In this document: one piece after another, positions 48,808 to 60,312 of the stretch
How positions within the stretch are numbered: the first letter of the stretch is position 1
How the letters are laid out: each line of letters begins with the position of its first letter
Source: Balanoglossus misakiensis
Lineage: Eukaryota; Animalia; Hemichordata
Length of the DNA: 64,000 nucleotides
Assembly (NCBI GenBank): GCA_040954595.2
Contig: CM082598.2
Span: forward strand, 5,409,097 to 5,473,096
Direction: 5' to 3'
The notes under the pieces: model-generated
Seen by the model: the letters and a program-made list of their open reading frames with translations, nothing else
The model's database searches: none
What the model was told of the DNA's origin: nothing
Position numbers and translations under genes: made by a program

Positions 48808-50728
48808 GCTGAGCCAGCAAGCAATACACATACATGTATTGAAACGTAATATGTATCTGCTATATAAATTAGAAACTTATTGCACTTGGGATAGGACTGC
48901 AAAGACACATGTACATATGGTATGTCCACAGTCATGGGGGGGGGGGGAACATATTTATGCACAGATTTGAATGAAATATGCACTACAGATTATTTATGAG
49001 CTGATAAGTGATAGGTTTGAACAACACAGTATCTGAAGTGTTAGTTTCCCTGACTGGCTGAAACTAGCAATGGTATTTCTGACAGTTAGCACTTAAACAT
49101 TCTGGCATCCTTCCAGCTACAAACTGTCAGCCTTCAATTAAATGGCCTTCATCCTCCAGGTTATTCTGAATGAGTTTCTAATGGGTGGCTGCTGACCGGA
49201 TCTCTGGCAAAATTACTAGGAAATTAGAAATTCAATCTTGGTTTTGGCATTTATGATTTATCAATGAAGTTATATATATACACTTGCTAAAGTGAAGATT
49301 CTTAATTCTGACAGTTCTGGAAAATCCACAGAATTATTTTATGAATAACTTGTCCTAGTCAAAGAAAAATAATTACTTTTTCTGAATTTACACTAAAATG
49401 TGGACAATTTTTAAATTTAATTAGAAATATAGTACCTACAATATATTCAAATTGGACAATACTGATTATGCACATGCATTGATACAAAAATTAAAATTAA
49501 AATTAATACTAATATTTTTATATTAATTATGGTGTTCAGTTAAGTTATATTTTTGTATTATTTACAATACATTCAGTTACAAAAATATGATTTTATTTTT
49601 AGTGGGTCAACATTACATAGGGTAATAATATGTGATGAATGCTAACTTCTCAAAATGAAGTGTTAAAGTAGAGGGCTAGCTTTGTGTTAGCACTGTGCTG
49701 GCTCAACATCAATGAGGCCAGCACAAGCCTAGCTAACCATACTAGACACAAGAACAGGCCAACTCAATTAACTAACCTTACAATGATGCTGAGATTTTAG
49801 ACTCAGCCAACACTAATGTAGTATGCACTGCCTCTTATTTGTAAGCTGAAATGTTAATGCCTAAGGTTAATGCTATCTTTATCCTAATGGAAGGATAGAA
49901 ACACAGTGTTCCAAATTGCATGTTATGTGTGTACTCATTACTTGTCAAAGAATTGATCTATCAAAATTACAATAACCAAGATTATGTGATAAATTATTTG
50001 ATTAATATATCCAGAATTATTACTAGTAATCATCAACTAATTCTCCAGGGCCTGATTTAGTGATTAAAATTAAACATTAATTAATTTGTCCATAAATAAT
50101 TAATCCTCCTTGGACTTGCAGTTCCACTCAACATTAACTTTTTTTTTTCATTTCCTGAACCATTCTTAAATCATGTTCATCTGATTCTCAGCACCTGTCC
50201 ATTTCTGTTCAAAATCTATACATACATGAATGTTGACAAACATTAGCTGTGGCTTTCTTCCTGTTGAAATTATTTAAAGAATGTCGAAATTATTTAATGA
50301 ATGTTGATTGTTCTATCATTAAAAGGAGAAGCAAAAGTTTATACACATGGTTTTGCATAAGCACACTTATGATAATTTTTTCCAGAATACCCTTGATTCC
50401 AAGTACCGGTATAATTTTATATTTTCCATGTACTCTTATACATAGTACTGTATTCAATAATACATTACTGTATTCAATAATACATTCTGAGAAATTCACT
50501 TTTTTCAGATATTCAGAGAATTTAATCTGAACTCATCAGCTAAACATATTTCTGCTGCTGCAGGTGAAAGCTACATTAGTTTTTATTCAATTTCTAGATC
50601 AGGATGTAACGTCATGAATAATTAAATAAAGCGATGCTAACGACGTACTGTAAATTGCCAGAGGGAAGAGAAAATCTGACGCCATGGTTCTTCCTCTGCA
50701 CGTGTTCAATTCAATCACAGGAAATGTA

Positions 50729-50940
50729 TACTGTAAAACACTTTATTTTCGCGAGTTGAAATTTTCGCGATATCGAGAGATGCCACTGTTTTGCGAGTTG
50801 AAATTTTCGCGTTCTCTTATTTCATTCACTGTATCGTTATCTTCAAAAAAAATTTACACGACTTTTTATTTTCACGTTATTTTGGCTCTCGCGTATTTCG
50901 CGAAACTTTATTGCTCGCGAAAATAAAGTGTTTTACAGTA
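50729..50940 (+). mobile_element. MITE family C
   Basis: TIRs, TA TSD. Confidence 0.9.
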
Positions 50941-51077
50941 CTTACAAGCAGTTAATGCAGAACATAAAAGACAATTATACAACCACCATAGAAAAAATTC
51001 CTTATCTGCAAGAAATTCTTCATGGCCACAAAAATCAGAGAAATGGGGAGGAAGAAAATTAAATACCCTACATGAAT

Positions 51078-51298
51078 CAGTGTTTCATCTAGATGGGGGG
51101 GGGGGGGGATTCACTCCCTGTTGACATGTTGGCACCCCCTAGCAATTTGTCAAGGGGGGACCAGAGCCCCTTAAAATGATGTCATTCACATGTTGGAGAT
51201 ATTACAGTCTCCTTGCCAGAGTGGAATCCCCCTCCCCCAAATATTCTACCAAAGAGGGACATATTCCCCCTTTTGATGGCATCCTGAACGAAACACTG
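51078..51298 (+). mobile_element. MITE family H, CAGTGTTTC TIR with 6-bp TSD ATGAAT (partial inverted copy at 2250-2470)
   Basis: ATGAAT at 51072-51077 and 51299-51304. Confidence 0.82.
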
Positions 51299-52476
51299 AT
51301 GAATAAATTCACACGCAGTCAACAACAGTGATACCATGACAACAGGACAGAATGAATAAGAATATACATGCCTATTCTAAACAACAAAGCAGTATGTAAG
51401 CTTTTCCACTGATGTGTGAAAGGCATTGTCAAGACACTGCTAATTAGTATGGACAAGGTCTTTTATTTTTCATATCCATTCTTGTTCTTAATTTTCTTTG
51501 ACACAATTCCAGTCTCCAGAAACTAACTTTAAGCGCGTTTGCACAAGCTTTTCTTGGGACAGGTAATACTTATCTACACTCAGAGACAATTCTGTGTACG
51601 CAAAATAAGAGAGGCAGGTTGACATTTTGTACATATGACATCTCCCTAATCAGCAGTTTTTGAATATAATCCAAGAAAAAGTTGCCAAAGCTGACTGTTT
51701 CCTTTCAAGTTTAAAAAACAAAGTCAAGTTTTGAAAAGTATTTCACGATAAATTAATTTGCATTGTGGGTATTATCCATGCTTCATCTTGGCCAGATACA
51801 GAGATGATGCTGCATTTTAATAATTTACAAACCTATATAGACATTTGCAGTGGAAATAGACAGAGACTTGTCAGTTGTTGGTGTACTCTGTATTTCTTTC
51901 AAGTTCTCAGCAGCGAGAGCCATGAAAACCCAGACATTCAAATGAAGGCAGGTTTGTTTCTAGCATAAGTACTAACCGAGAAGTACCAAAAACCCAGTAT
52001 CATTACAAATTAAATTACTGCAATGCCAGGGGACTCAGGTATTTTGTGTCACCTTTTCAGTTATTACTGGTAGATTTTAGAGTACTTAAGGGATTTACAA
52101 CTCTCGGCTTCAAGCGTTGTTTTGTCGTAATTGTGTCTCGGGCATGCTGCAACTTGACCTCCCTTCAGGTAACGGCTACTTGGAACAGTTCCATGGAGGG
52201 AAATTTAAAAGTTGTTATCTCACTGACAATACAGACTGAAGTCTTCATTCAGTTGAAACGTGAATGAATGAAGCTAAGTGTTTTGGCAAGATTCCAAGGA
52301 GGGAAATTTGAAAGCTGTGGCTTTTGCTATACACCTGAGTGATTTTATCAGTTCAAACACTGATCTAGTATTCTGAAAACAGATACGTATGTGTGTGTGT
52401 GTGTGTGTGTGTGTGCGTATGTGCGGGCTTGTGTGTGATATGTGTGTGTACGCATGCACACATGTGCATTCAAGCA

Positions 52477-52687
52477 TACTGTAAAACACTTTATTTTCGT
52501 GAGTTAAAATTTTCGCGATATCGAGAGAGGCCACTGTTTCGCGAGTATTAATTTTTCCGTTCTCTTATTTCATTCATTGCATCATTATCTTCAACAAAAA
52601 AATTACACGACTTTTTTTTCACGCTATCTTGGCTCTCGCATATTTCGCGAATATTTATTGCTCATGAAAATAAAGTGTTTCACAGTA
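52477..52687 (+). mobile_element. MITE family C
   Basis: TIRs, TA TSD. Confidence 0.88.
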
Positions 52688-54199
52688 TATGAAACTAATC
52701 ATTCAAACTGATTTAGAATTGGTTTCACCACAAATAAAATAATGGCATACACAGATTCCAATCTGTGCTCAGTGGGGGCCGCTAAATCTCAGTTGGCCTC
52801 AATCAAGATACTCAACAGTAGACAATACAGAAATGGCTTTTGTTTAAATGTACAAACAAATATGCACAGTGCCACATACACAAAAGGTATCAGTGGCTAT
52901 AATAGCTTGTCTATCACATTCCTACACCTCAAGCAACAGCTACTGTTTGCAAAGCACTTAATCTTAAAGATCACTCCAGACTTCGCGGACAAAAAAATCC
53001 ATGCAGTAGTGGTACCTTCTGTTACAAGAACAAACATGCTTAATTTGCAAAGCTCTCTAACGATCCATGCTGGAATCCTGCCAGACAAGAAAATAAAAAT
53101 GCAGTATTTTCTCAGCATTTATGCTTCTATCAAAAAATAATTTGACAGGGCTATCACTATTTCAGACCTATTTGCCGTATATTGACTGTTGAAAAAAAAA
53201 GTTCCCCAAGCAAGTGTACGAGGTCAGACGGTCAAAACAGTAGCACAGAACAGTCATTATTTAAACACTAAGAAGCTGATAACACAGTCCACACATATTT
53301 GGTAGGTAAACTTCACAGTTGATACAACAGTTCAGTAGCCAAATACAGTTATTTTCCAACTGCCAATCACAGATCAATTATCCAGGGTGTTCAACACAAC
53401 ACAGGTAAACGGATCTGCTTCAGTACGTCCCAAACACAATGACTTTTCTATCAATTTATCACCAGCTATTCAAAGTTCAAACCAACTCAAAGAATAGACG
53501 GGTCTGGCTACATGAAACCTTCCCCTCCCAGCTACCTCCATCTGTTCCAACAATATGTCGTGTCACAAATCAATTACAAATTTACAGAACGAACAACGCA
53601 GCTTTATTCAGTCGTGTGGCAAAACAGCTAGTCAACATTTCACCTAATCCAAAACTTTCCGACATGAATATTATTATAAGTGGGACAAAAATTAAAAGTT
53701 CATTAAAAATGCATTATATCACAGTGCATATGTACAGAGCAATACCAAACACTGAAATAAATCAGGAAAAATATAAGAGCATAAACTATATTTTTATATA
53801 AAAAAAACCATAAAATGTAATTTTTTCTTATTATTAAAAATCCAATGAATTAAAATTTACTGAAGAAATATATCATTATCTAAGTGATTGAAATTAACAG
53901 GGGCTGGCAATGAAATTGCCTTGTGGTTACAGTTCTATGGGGGGGGGGGGGGGCTGTCGACGTGTGATGTCTTCAGTGTGGCTAGAATTACACAATTTTA
54001 ATTTTAAGTTCGTCAAATATACGAAAGAAATTTAAATGCCTGCACAAGTTTGAATGAATTACGTTTGACATGGCAATACTGGTTTGCTGTCGTGGCACCA
54101 GTACGAAATGTACATTTGCCAGTTAGAGGTTATCAGAATTTCCATCGGTATATTGAGAGCACTTCACATTTGAAACTTTTATCATAGAAAGATGTATAC

Positions 54200-55560
54200 A
54201 GTACTCTGCGAGGTCACGAAAATGTAAATAAAGTACGACGTGGAATTAAAAGACGAAGGTGAGACGGACAATTAACAAGAAGATTCAATGCTCGAGAAAG
54301 CCACAGGAGAAACAACAATTTATATCACCACAAACACTAATTTCAAGTGTTAATTTCTGAATCGACCAGAAAACAAGCTCGACCCCGTCAGACAGTGACA
54401 CGCGCCGCAGAACACGGACTGACCGACTTTGAACGACGAATATTTGAAAAGATGAATCGGGTTAACCTTGTAAGCGTTTACAAATTATATACTACCGACC
54501 TCAGAGAATGTATTTTTGTTTATTTTATCGTGCTTACACTCTTATACCACAAAAATTCTCCGACGGCAACTTTTAACCAAATGCCAGGTGTACTGACAAC
54601 ACAAAGTTTTGACTTCTTTGACATTTAAAAATCATGAAGTTGAAACTGGAAATATTACGCTAGTGACTACGAAAGCAAGCCGTAAAATTTAACCTCTACA
54701 AACAAGTATCTGTCCGTGGTTGTAAATTTCTGGTACTGATTTAGGAAAAGCAATCAATGCACTATTAAAATGTTAAAAGAACAAGGCAATATTTACCAAC
54801 TTTCTCCTCAGCTGACCTCAGTTCGTCTGCGCTTGTTACATGTACAGTACTTCCGCATCTATTCGTTCGTCCTCAGCAAAAACATTCACACAAACTCAGC
54901 TCAAAATTCCCGCCCGACGATATTTCAATAAAATAATAGAAACTGCTTCAAAAATATACAGAAATACTCCTAACACACGAACGCTATCAATCTAATTCAC
55001 TGGAGAATAACAGCAAGACTGTGACATCCAGGTAACAGCAACAAAATAGTGCACCCAATAGATAAGAGATTGGGGATTGCGGAACGATACCTGGATACAT
55101 AGTAGTTAGTTGTCTCGCGAACTGAGCAAATATAAATTTGCATACATTTACATAAATTTACGTCCCCTTCAGTTGTTAAGCATTTTACTGCTTATTTCAT
55201 GTTACTGATCGGTTGTGTGTGTGTCAGTTGTTTTTATTTTAGTTAAATATCATTTCTGCAGTCTTTAATCATCATCATAAGAGTGTTGCGTCTTCGTTTC
55301 CGCACGGTTCTGGCAAAACTACGCGGTGCACCGCCTCCTACGTTGATTTTCGTTGAAGCTTTTGTTTCTATGCGAAAACTTTTCGTGCCAGTTCCAATCC
55401 GGTGTTGTGGTCAACGTACATTACTTTTCAAAAAATCATTGACGGGGCGAATTTGAGACTCAAAATAATTCTTAAAAGAAAGAAAGAAATTGTATCTTGA
55501 CAATACGGGGACATTCAGCACGTATTTGTATAATAACATCGGCCAGAAGACATCCCCCGT
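54200..55560 (-). promoter_or_regulatory. Putative promoter / non-coding first exon region of the KASH5/LRMP-like gene
   Basis: CpG is visibly more frequent than in the flanks; ETS-like ACTTCCG near 54849; candidate minus-strand donors at 54423 (gtcagt) and 54796 (gtaaat); coding exon 1 needs an upstream exon. TSS not determinable. Confidence 0.4.
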
Positions 55561-55588
55561 GCCTGAGTGAGTGGTCCAGGGCCTAACG

Positions 55589-55779
55589 TTAAACGTATAC
55601 AGTCACCTCCAATTTACATACGTCCATATATGGCTGAAATGGCGTATTTGAGCGTTCTAAAGAACATATGGTGGCGCTTTTTTTCGCATGTGCCACCCAC
55701 TGAAAATCTGTGATTGGCTAGATCTCAATTTGCCATGGTAACTATAGCTAATTTACCATAGGTGACCGTATACCTTTAA
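55589..55779 (-). mobile_element. MITE family B
   Basis: TIRs and TTAA flanks. Confidence 0.9.
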
Positions 55780-57150
55780 CCTTTGTCGAGAGTGCCTGCA
55801 ATTCTGACGGGTAAAGTGACAGCCACCTACCACTGTCAGCCCAATGAAGTGTTCGGGCAGGCATTTATAGAAAACATATGTAAACTTGACAGACGGGCGG
55901 TTGCTCACTGGCTTAGCGGCACGATTGGCGCATCGTCCGCCTTCTTTATCAAGTTAATACGTTTGCTTTTAGATAAAGCTGATAAGGAAGGTGCACCTTT
56001 AAAGTAAATAAATATTAGAGTGGTTTAGCTGGCAGCAATGCAGACCGACGCTGCATTGGTGAGATCGCCGGTCTAAAATAAGCGAGGGCAGGTTGCAAAT
56101 GTTGGCGAGATTGTGCGAGTGTAACCCAAATATTAATGTGGACTTTTATCAGGCAATTGCAATTCATGTATGTCAAAAGCTCGGAGCATGCGTAAAAGGC
56201 ATGACGCATCTCTTAAATCAACGTCTTAAGAAAGCCTTTCCTAATTTCTTGGCGTAACATCAGAGAATACAAAATTGGAGGTCACTGCGCGCGCTTATTT
56301 GAATCTAAATTTTCTATCGGCGTAAATATTAAATTCAATATTATTTCTAATCCCGTTGGGTGGACGATTTGACATCTGGGGAAGGGCCTGGAGCATTTGT
56401 GCGAGCTTATCTTTTCCGCTTCAATATTTCAAAAGCTTATATTCGTTTATTGCTCCGAAACCTTGCTCAAACTTGTATATTTGGCTTCACGAACAAGTAC
56501 GGATAGAGTGACGGAGCTGAAATATTAAATGGGATCGTTCATAAATTTGCCTTCATATTCAATTTTGTCTCAAAATATCCACAAATAATCCCCCTTTTCG
56601 ACAAGAAAATTCGCAATAATAACTTATACTGGGTTCAAATAGGGAAACTGTGTCTTAATTGGGAGAAAATGGGTCTCAAAGTTGACATCACGATCGAGTC
56701 CCGATATAACGAAATGGGTGGTCTTCAGGCAGAGTTGATCAATGACAGGGGGTGCCACAGTGTGCACTGAACACGGGTGTGTCCAACATCGGTCGGGCTC
56801 TTATTTCTCACGTTGTTAGAGTAAATATGTGCCCAAAACATTTACATGCATGACTGATTTTTCTTGAAAATGGATTGACCACTGAACCTTCAAGACGAGT
56901 AACCAAAAACACTAGTCGATCAACTAATATATGCTCTGGTCAGGATGGGATAGGAAAAGAAAACCACTGACATGTCAAATTGTTCCTAGTAATTATTTAT
57001 TACACTAATTACATAGTCTGTTTTTATTACATGGTAACAGTAGTTTGAAATATTTCAAAAATGTTCCTTTGTGTAAAATACTGTAGAATGACCTTTGAGA
57101 GAACTCCATCATGCATTCTTGGGACTAATAACTGTTTAGAATGAAGGAAA

Positions 57151-57243
57151 TTAACCCTTTCACCACTATGATTCAGTCCAAACCCATTGTTTTCTATGGT
57201 AAGGTTGGACCACTAAAGAGGGAACTGGGGGTGAAAGGGTTAA
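57151..57243 (+). mobile_element. MITE family E, intact
   Basis: TTAACCCTTTCACC...GGTGAAAGGGTTAA. Confidence 0.9.
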
Positions 57244-57317
57244 TGTTGATTGCCAGTGCTTGTTATGACAAGCAACTGTCAAGTCATTTTATGAGATTAT
57301 GTAGGACCACACAGGAG

Positions 57318-57664
57318 TAAAAGGGACAAAGTCTCCCTCTCGCTGCCCTTTTTCCATTAACTATGTTTGATACAAGACACCGTTTATGTTATTCTACATG
57401 TGGATATATAGTGAATAAACGTTTGAACACACATAACTTCCATCCTAGACACGAGAGTGAAATACTCGCCAAAATGAATAATAGGTCTCTACCATTTATT
57501 CATTTGGGCGAGTTTTTACTCTCATATCATACAAGCGGGATGGAAGTTGTGTGTGGTTGAAGTTCATTCACTACATATACACATGTAGAATAACATAAAC
57601 GGTGTCTTGTATCAAACATACTTAATGGAAAAGGGGCAGCGAGAGAGAGACTTTGTCCCTTTAA
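57318..57664. mobile_element. MITE family A, near full length
   Basis: Both TIRs present. Confidence 0.9.
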
Positions 57665-57815
57665 ATAGCTGAATAATCTTTGTACCTTTCAGAGTCTGGC
57701 CATTGAGATGAAGGGGCTGTGGACCCCACTTCATGACAGTGTAGCCTAAATACAAGAAGCAACTGATGAGGTGAAAAATTACAACGGTCTAACCTTACCA
57801 TTGAAAACAACTGGG

Positions 57816-57909
57816 TTAACCCCTTTCACCACTATGGTTTAGTCCAAACCCATTGTTTTCTATGGTAAGGCTGGACCTCTAAAGTGGGATGTGGGGGTGA
57901 ATGGGTTAA
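57816..57909 (+). mobile_element. MITE family E
   Basis: TTAA at both ends. Confidence 0.85.
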
Positions 57910-57952
57910 ACTATAGCTAAGGGAACTTTACCACAGAAAAATTGATTACAAG

Positions 57953-58098
57953 CAGTGTTCTCCCCAGAGCAATGAAAGCATGGTGGCCAGCACTCTTTCA
58001 TTTTAAAAAGACAATAAAACTTAATTAACATAACAAATGATTATATTGTTATGCAAATTAGCCATCCTGCTTTCCCCAAAATCCTGGGGAGAAAATTG
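57953..58098 (+). mobile_element. hAT-like MITE family I with 8-bp TSD ATTACAAG (inverted copy at 40497-40640)
   Basis: CAGTGTTCTCCCCAG TIR; ATTACAAG at 57945-57952 and 58099-58106. Confidence 0.82.
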
Positions 58099-59656
58099 AT
58101 TACAAGTCACAATGGAAAACCTTTATTGCTCTGAATAATTTATAGGACCAGAGTAAAGGTTGAAAACAAATTCACTTGATCACAATGCAATGAGGTGAAT
58201 TTGACCTTTTGATGTAGAAACCAAATTAATTTTCACATACCCATGTTGCTGGAAAACTGTATTTCAAAGGCAAAGATTTGTTTACAGCCTGACCCACGAA
58301 AATTCAAGAACTGTTCATTTCATTAAAGTTTTGCATATAAACAATCATCAGCTGCAAACTATATCCAGCAACAGAAAAAAACCTCGTCAGAATATAACTA
58401 TGCAGCAAATGTCGTTGAAATCAACTCTTGATGCTTGGACAAAAACATATCACATTTGGTTTGACTGTTGTACAAAATACAGGTGGATTTTACTAATTTT
58501 TTAACATGTTAGAGAACTCTGTCTGTCTGTGTTTGGTGTTAACTATGCCCCTTCTGTGGTTTGCTAATCAAGGCCACTTTCATGACCTTATGTGACCTTT
58601 ACATCCTGGTATTTTGTGTATGCATTTTCCATTCTGAGTTAACTCTTCTGTAGCCCACCATACTTGTCTGTTGAATTTGTGCACTTGAACTCGTCCCAGA
58701 ACAAAACAATGTGACTTTTTTTCTGTTACTAAAAGGTGAGTGTTGTATGGAATGTTGAGTGATTTATGATGTCATATCAACAAAATACCAGGATGTTTGA
58801 CTCTGACGTCATTCAAGTCAATCACCTTACACTAGTCTGGACCTGATTCAAACAAAACTATTCTCTTTTCCAACATCACACTGACAACCTCTTATAAAGA
58901 AGCATTTCAATACAATTCAGTCTACAGGCTATTCACCATCAATGCTCTAACCACATCAGCCTATCTTACCCAAGACATGTTAGATGATGGACTAACCCAT
59001 TTATTACGGGTCGGTCCATTAAATGCATAGGGGAGCAGGATTGAAAAAGGTAGTGTTAAATGTTACACAAATAAGTCTGCACCCTTTGAATGACGTGTAA
59101 ATAAAGTAAACATTTCACAAATGGAAAGAAAACATTTCCGCACTGAGCATGTATTCCCCTGTACAACAAATATTTTCAACAAAATAGAATGTTGGCAAAA
59201 ATGTAAGAGGAATTCAAATAAACATTGTTATGAATGAATCACGCAAAAATACGCTCACAAATTTATATATATGCACATAAATTTTTGTTAATATTGCCAT
59301 GAAATTTTGGCAGCTTGGGTCCACATGCAACAACGCAGCCATAGTTGGCAGTGATAATTGTTTTCTGCACTGGGAAAATTTTGCAAAAAATTCCCACTTT
59401 ACTGTATCTTATCATTTGACATTATGGAGGCCATTTTTACTGGGGTTCATTTGAATTCATTGATTAAAACGTGATTTGATAATTTGCAGTCAAATGAATA
59501 AGTACATCAACCTAAACTGCGTATGTCAGCAGTACAGTCTAAAAACATATCTGAGATTTTTCTGGGTTTTGCTTCTATCCCACCATCAGCTGGATTGTCA
59601 TGGCCACTTTCAAAGGTCTCTGTCTCAGTATATAACCCTTTCACCATCATGGGTTA

Positions 59657-60007
59657 TGAAAGGGACAAAGTCTCTCTCTCTCTCGCTGCCCCTTTTCCAT
59701 TAATTATGTTTGATACAAGACACCATTTATGTTATTCTACATGTGGATATATAGTGAATGAACGTTCGACCACACACAACTTCCATCCCACTTGTAGACA
59801 CAAGAGTGAAAAATTCGTCAAAATGAATAATCAGTCTCTATCATTTATTCAGTTTTTACTCTCATATCATACAAGCGGGATGGAAGTTGTGTGTGCTTGA
59901 ATGTTGATTCTCTATATATCCACATGTAGAATAACATAAATGGGGTCTTTTATCAAACATAATTAATGGAAAAAGGGCAGTGAGAGAGAGACACTTTGTC
60001 CCTTTAA
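59657..60007. mobile_element. MITE family A nested in family E, about 200 nt past the USP47 stop
   Basis: Both TIRs; the flanks are the two halves of a family E element. Confidence 0.9.
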
Positions 60008-60203
60008 GTCCAAATCCACTGCTATCTATGGTAAAGTTGGACCTCAACAGAGGGCAACAGGGGTGAAAGAGTCAACTGAAAAACCAATATCTCTCGGCCT
60101 GGAACCAAAGTGCATGGGAAGTCAAAGTCAAATATACAACAAAGCTTTACACATGTAAATGTTGCATGATGGGAGTTGTGCAAGGTCAAAGGTCATTCAG
60201 TGG

Positions 60204-60312
60204 TCAAGTTTCGGGTGTCAGTTGTTTCAGTGGTGGAGAGGAATCTGTGTAGATCTTCAGTGCTCTTTCTTTCTTTGGCGAGAACGTGATTCGCTGATTG
60301 GAGTTGACCCAC
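60204..60312 (-). CDS. USP47: USP47 last coding exon with TGA stop
   Basis: gttccag acceptor; [11 protein letters not shown]; stop at 60204-60206. Confidence 0.93.

Noticed and set aside
55780-56900. CpG-richer intergenic stretch as a hidden gene or autonomous transposon
   Set aside because: Only short ORFs with no recognisable domain and no consistent exon chain.
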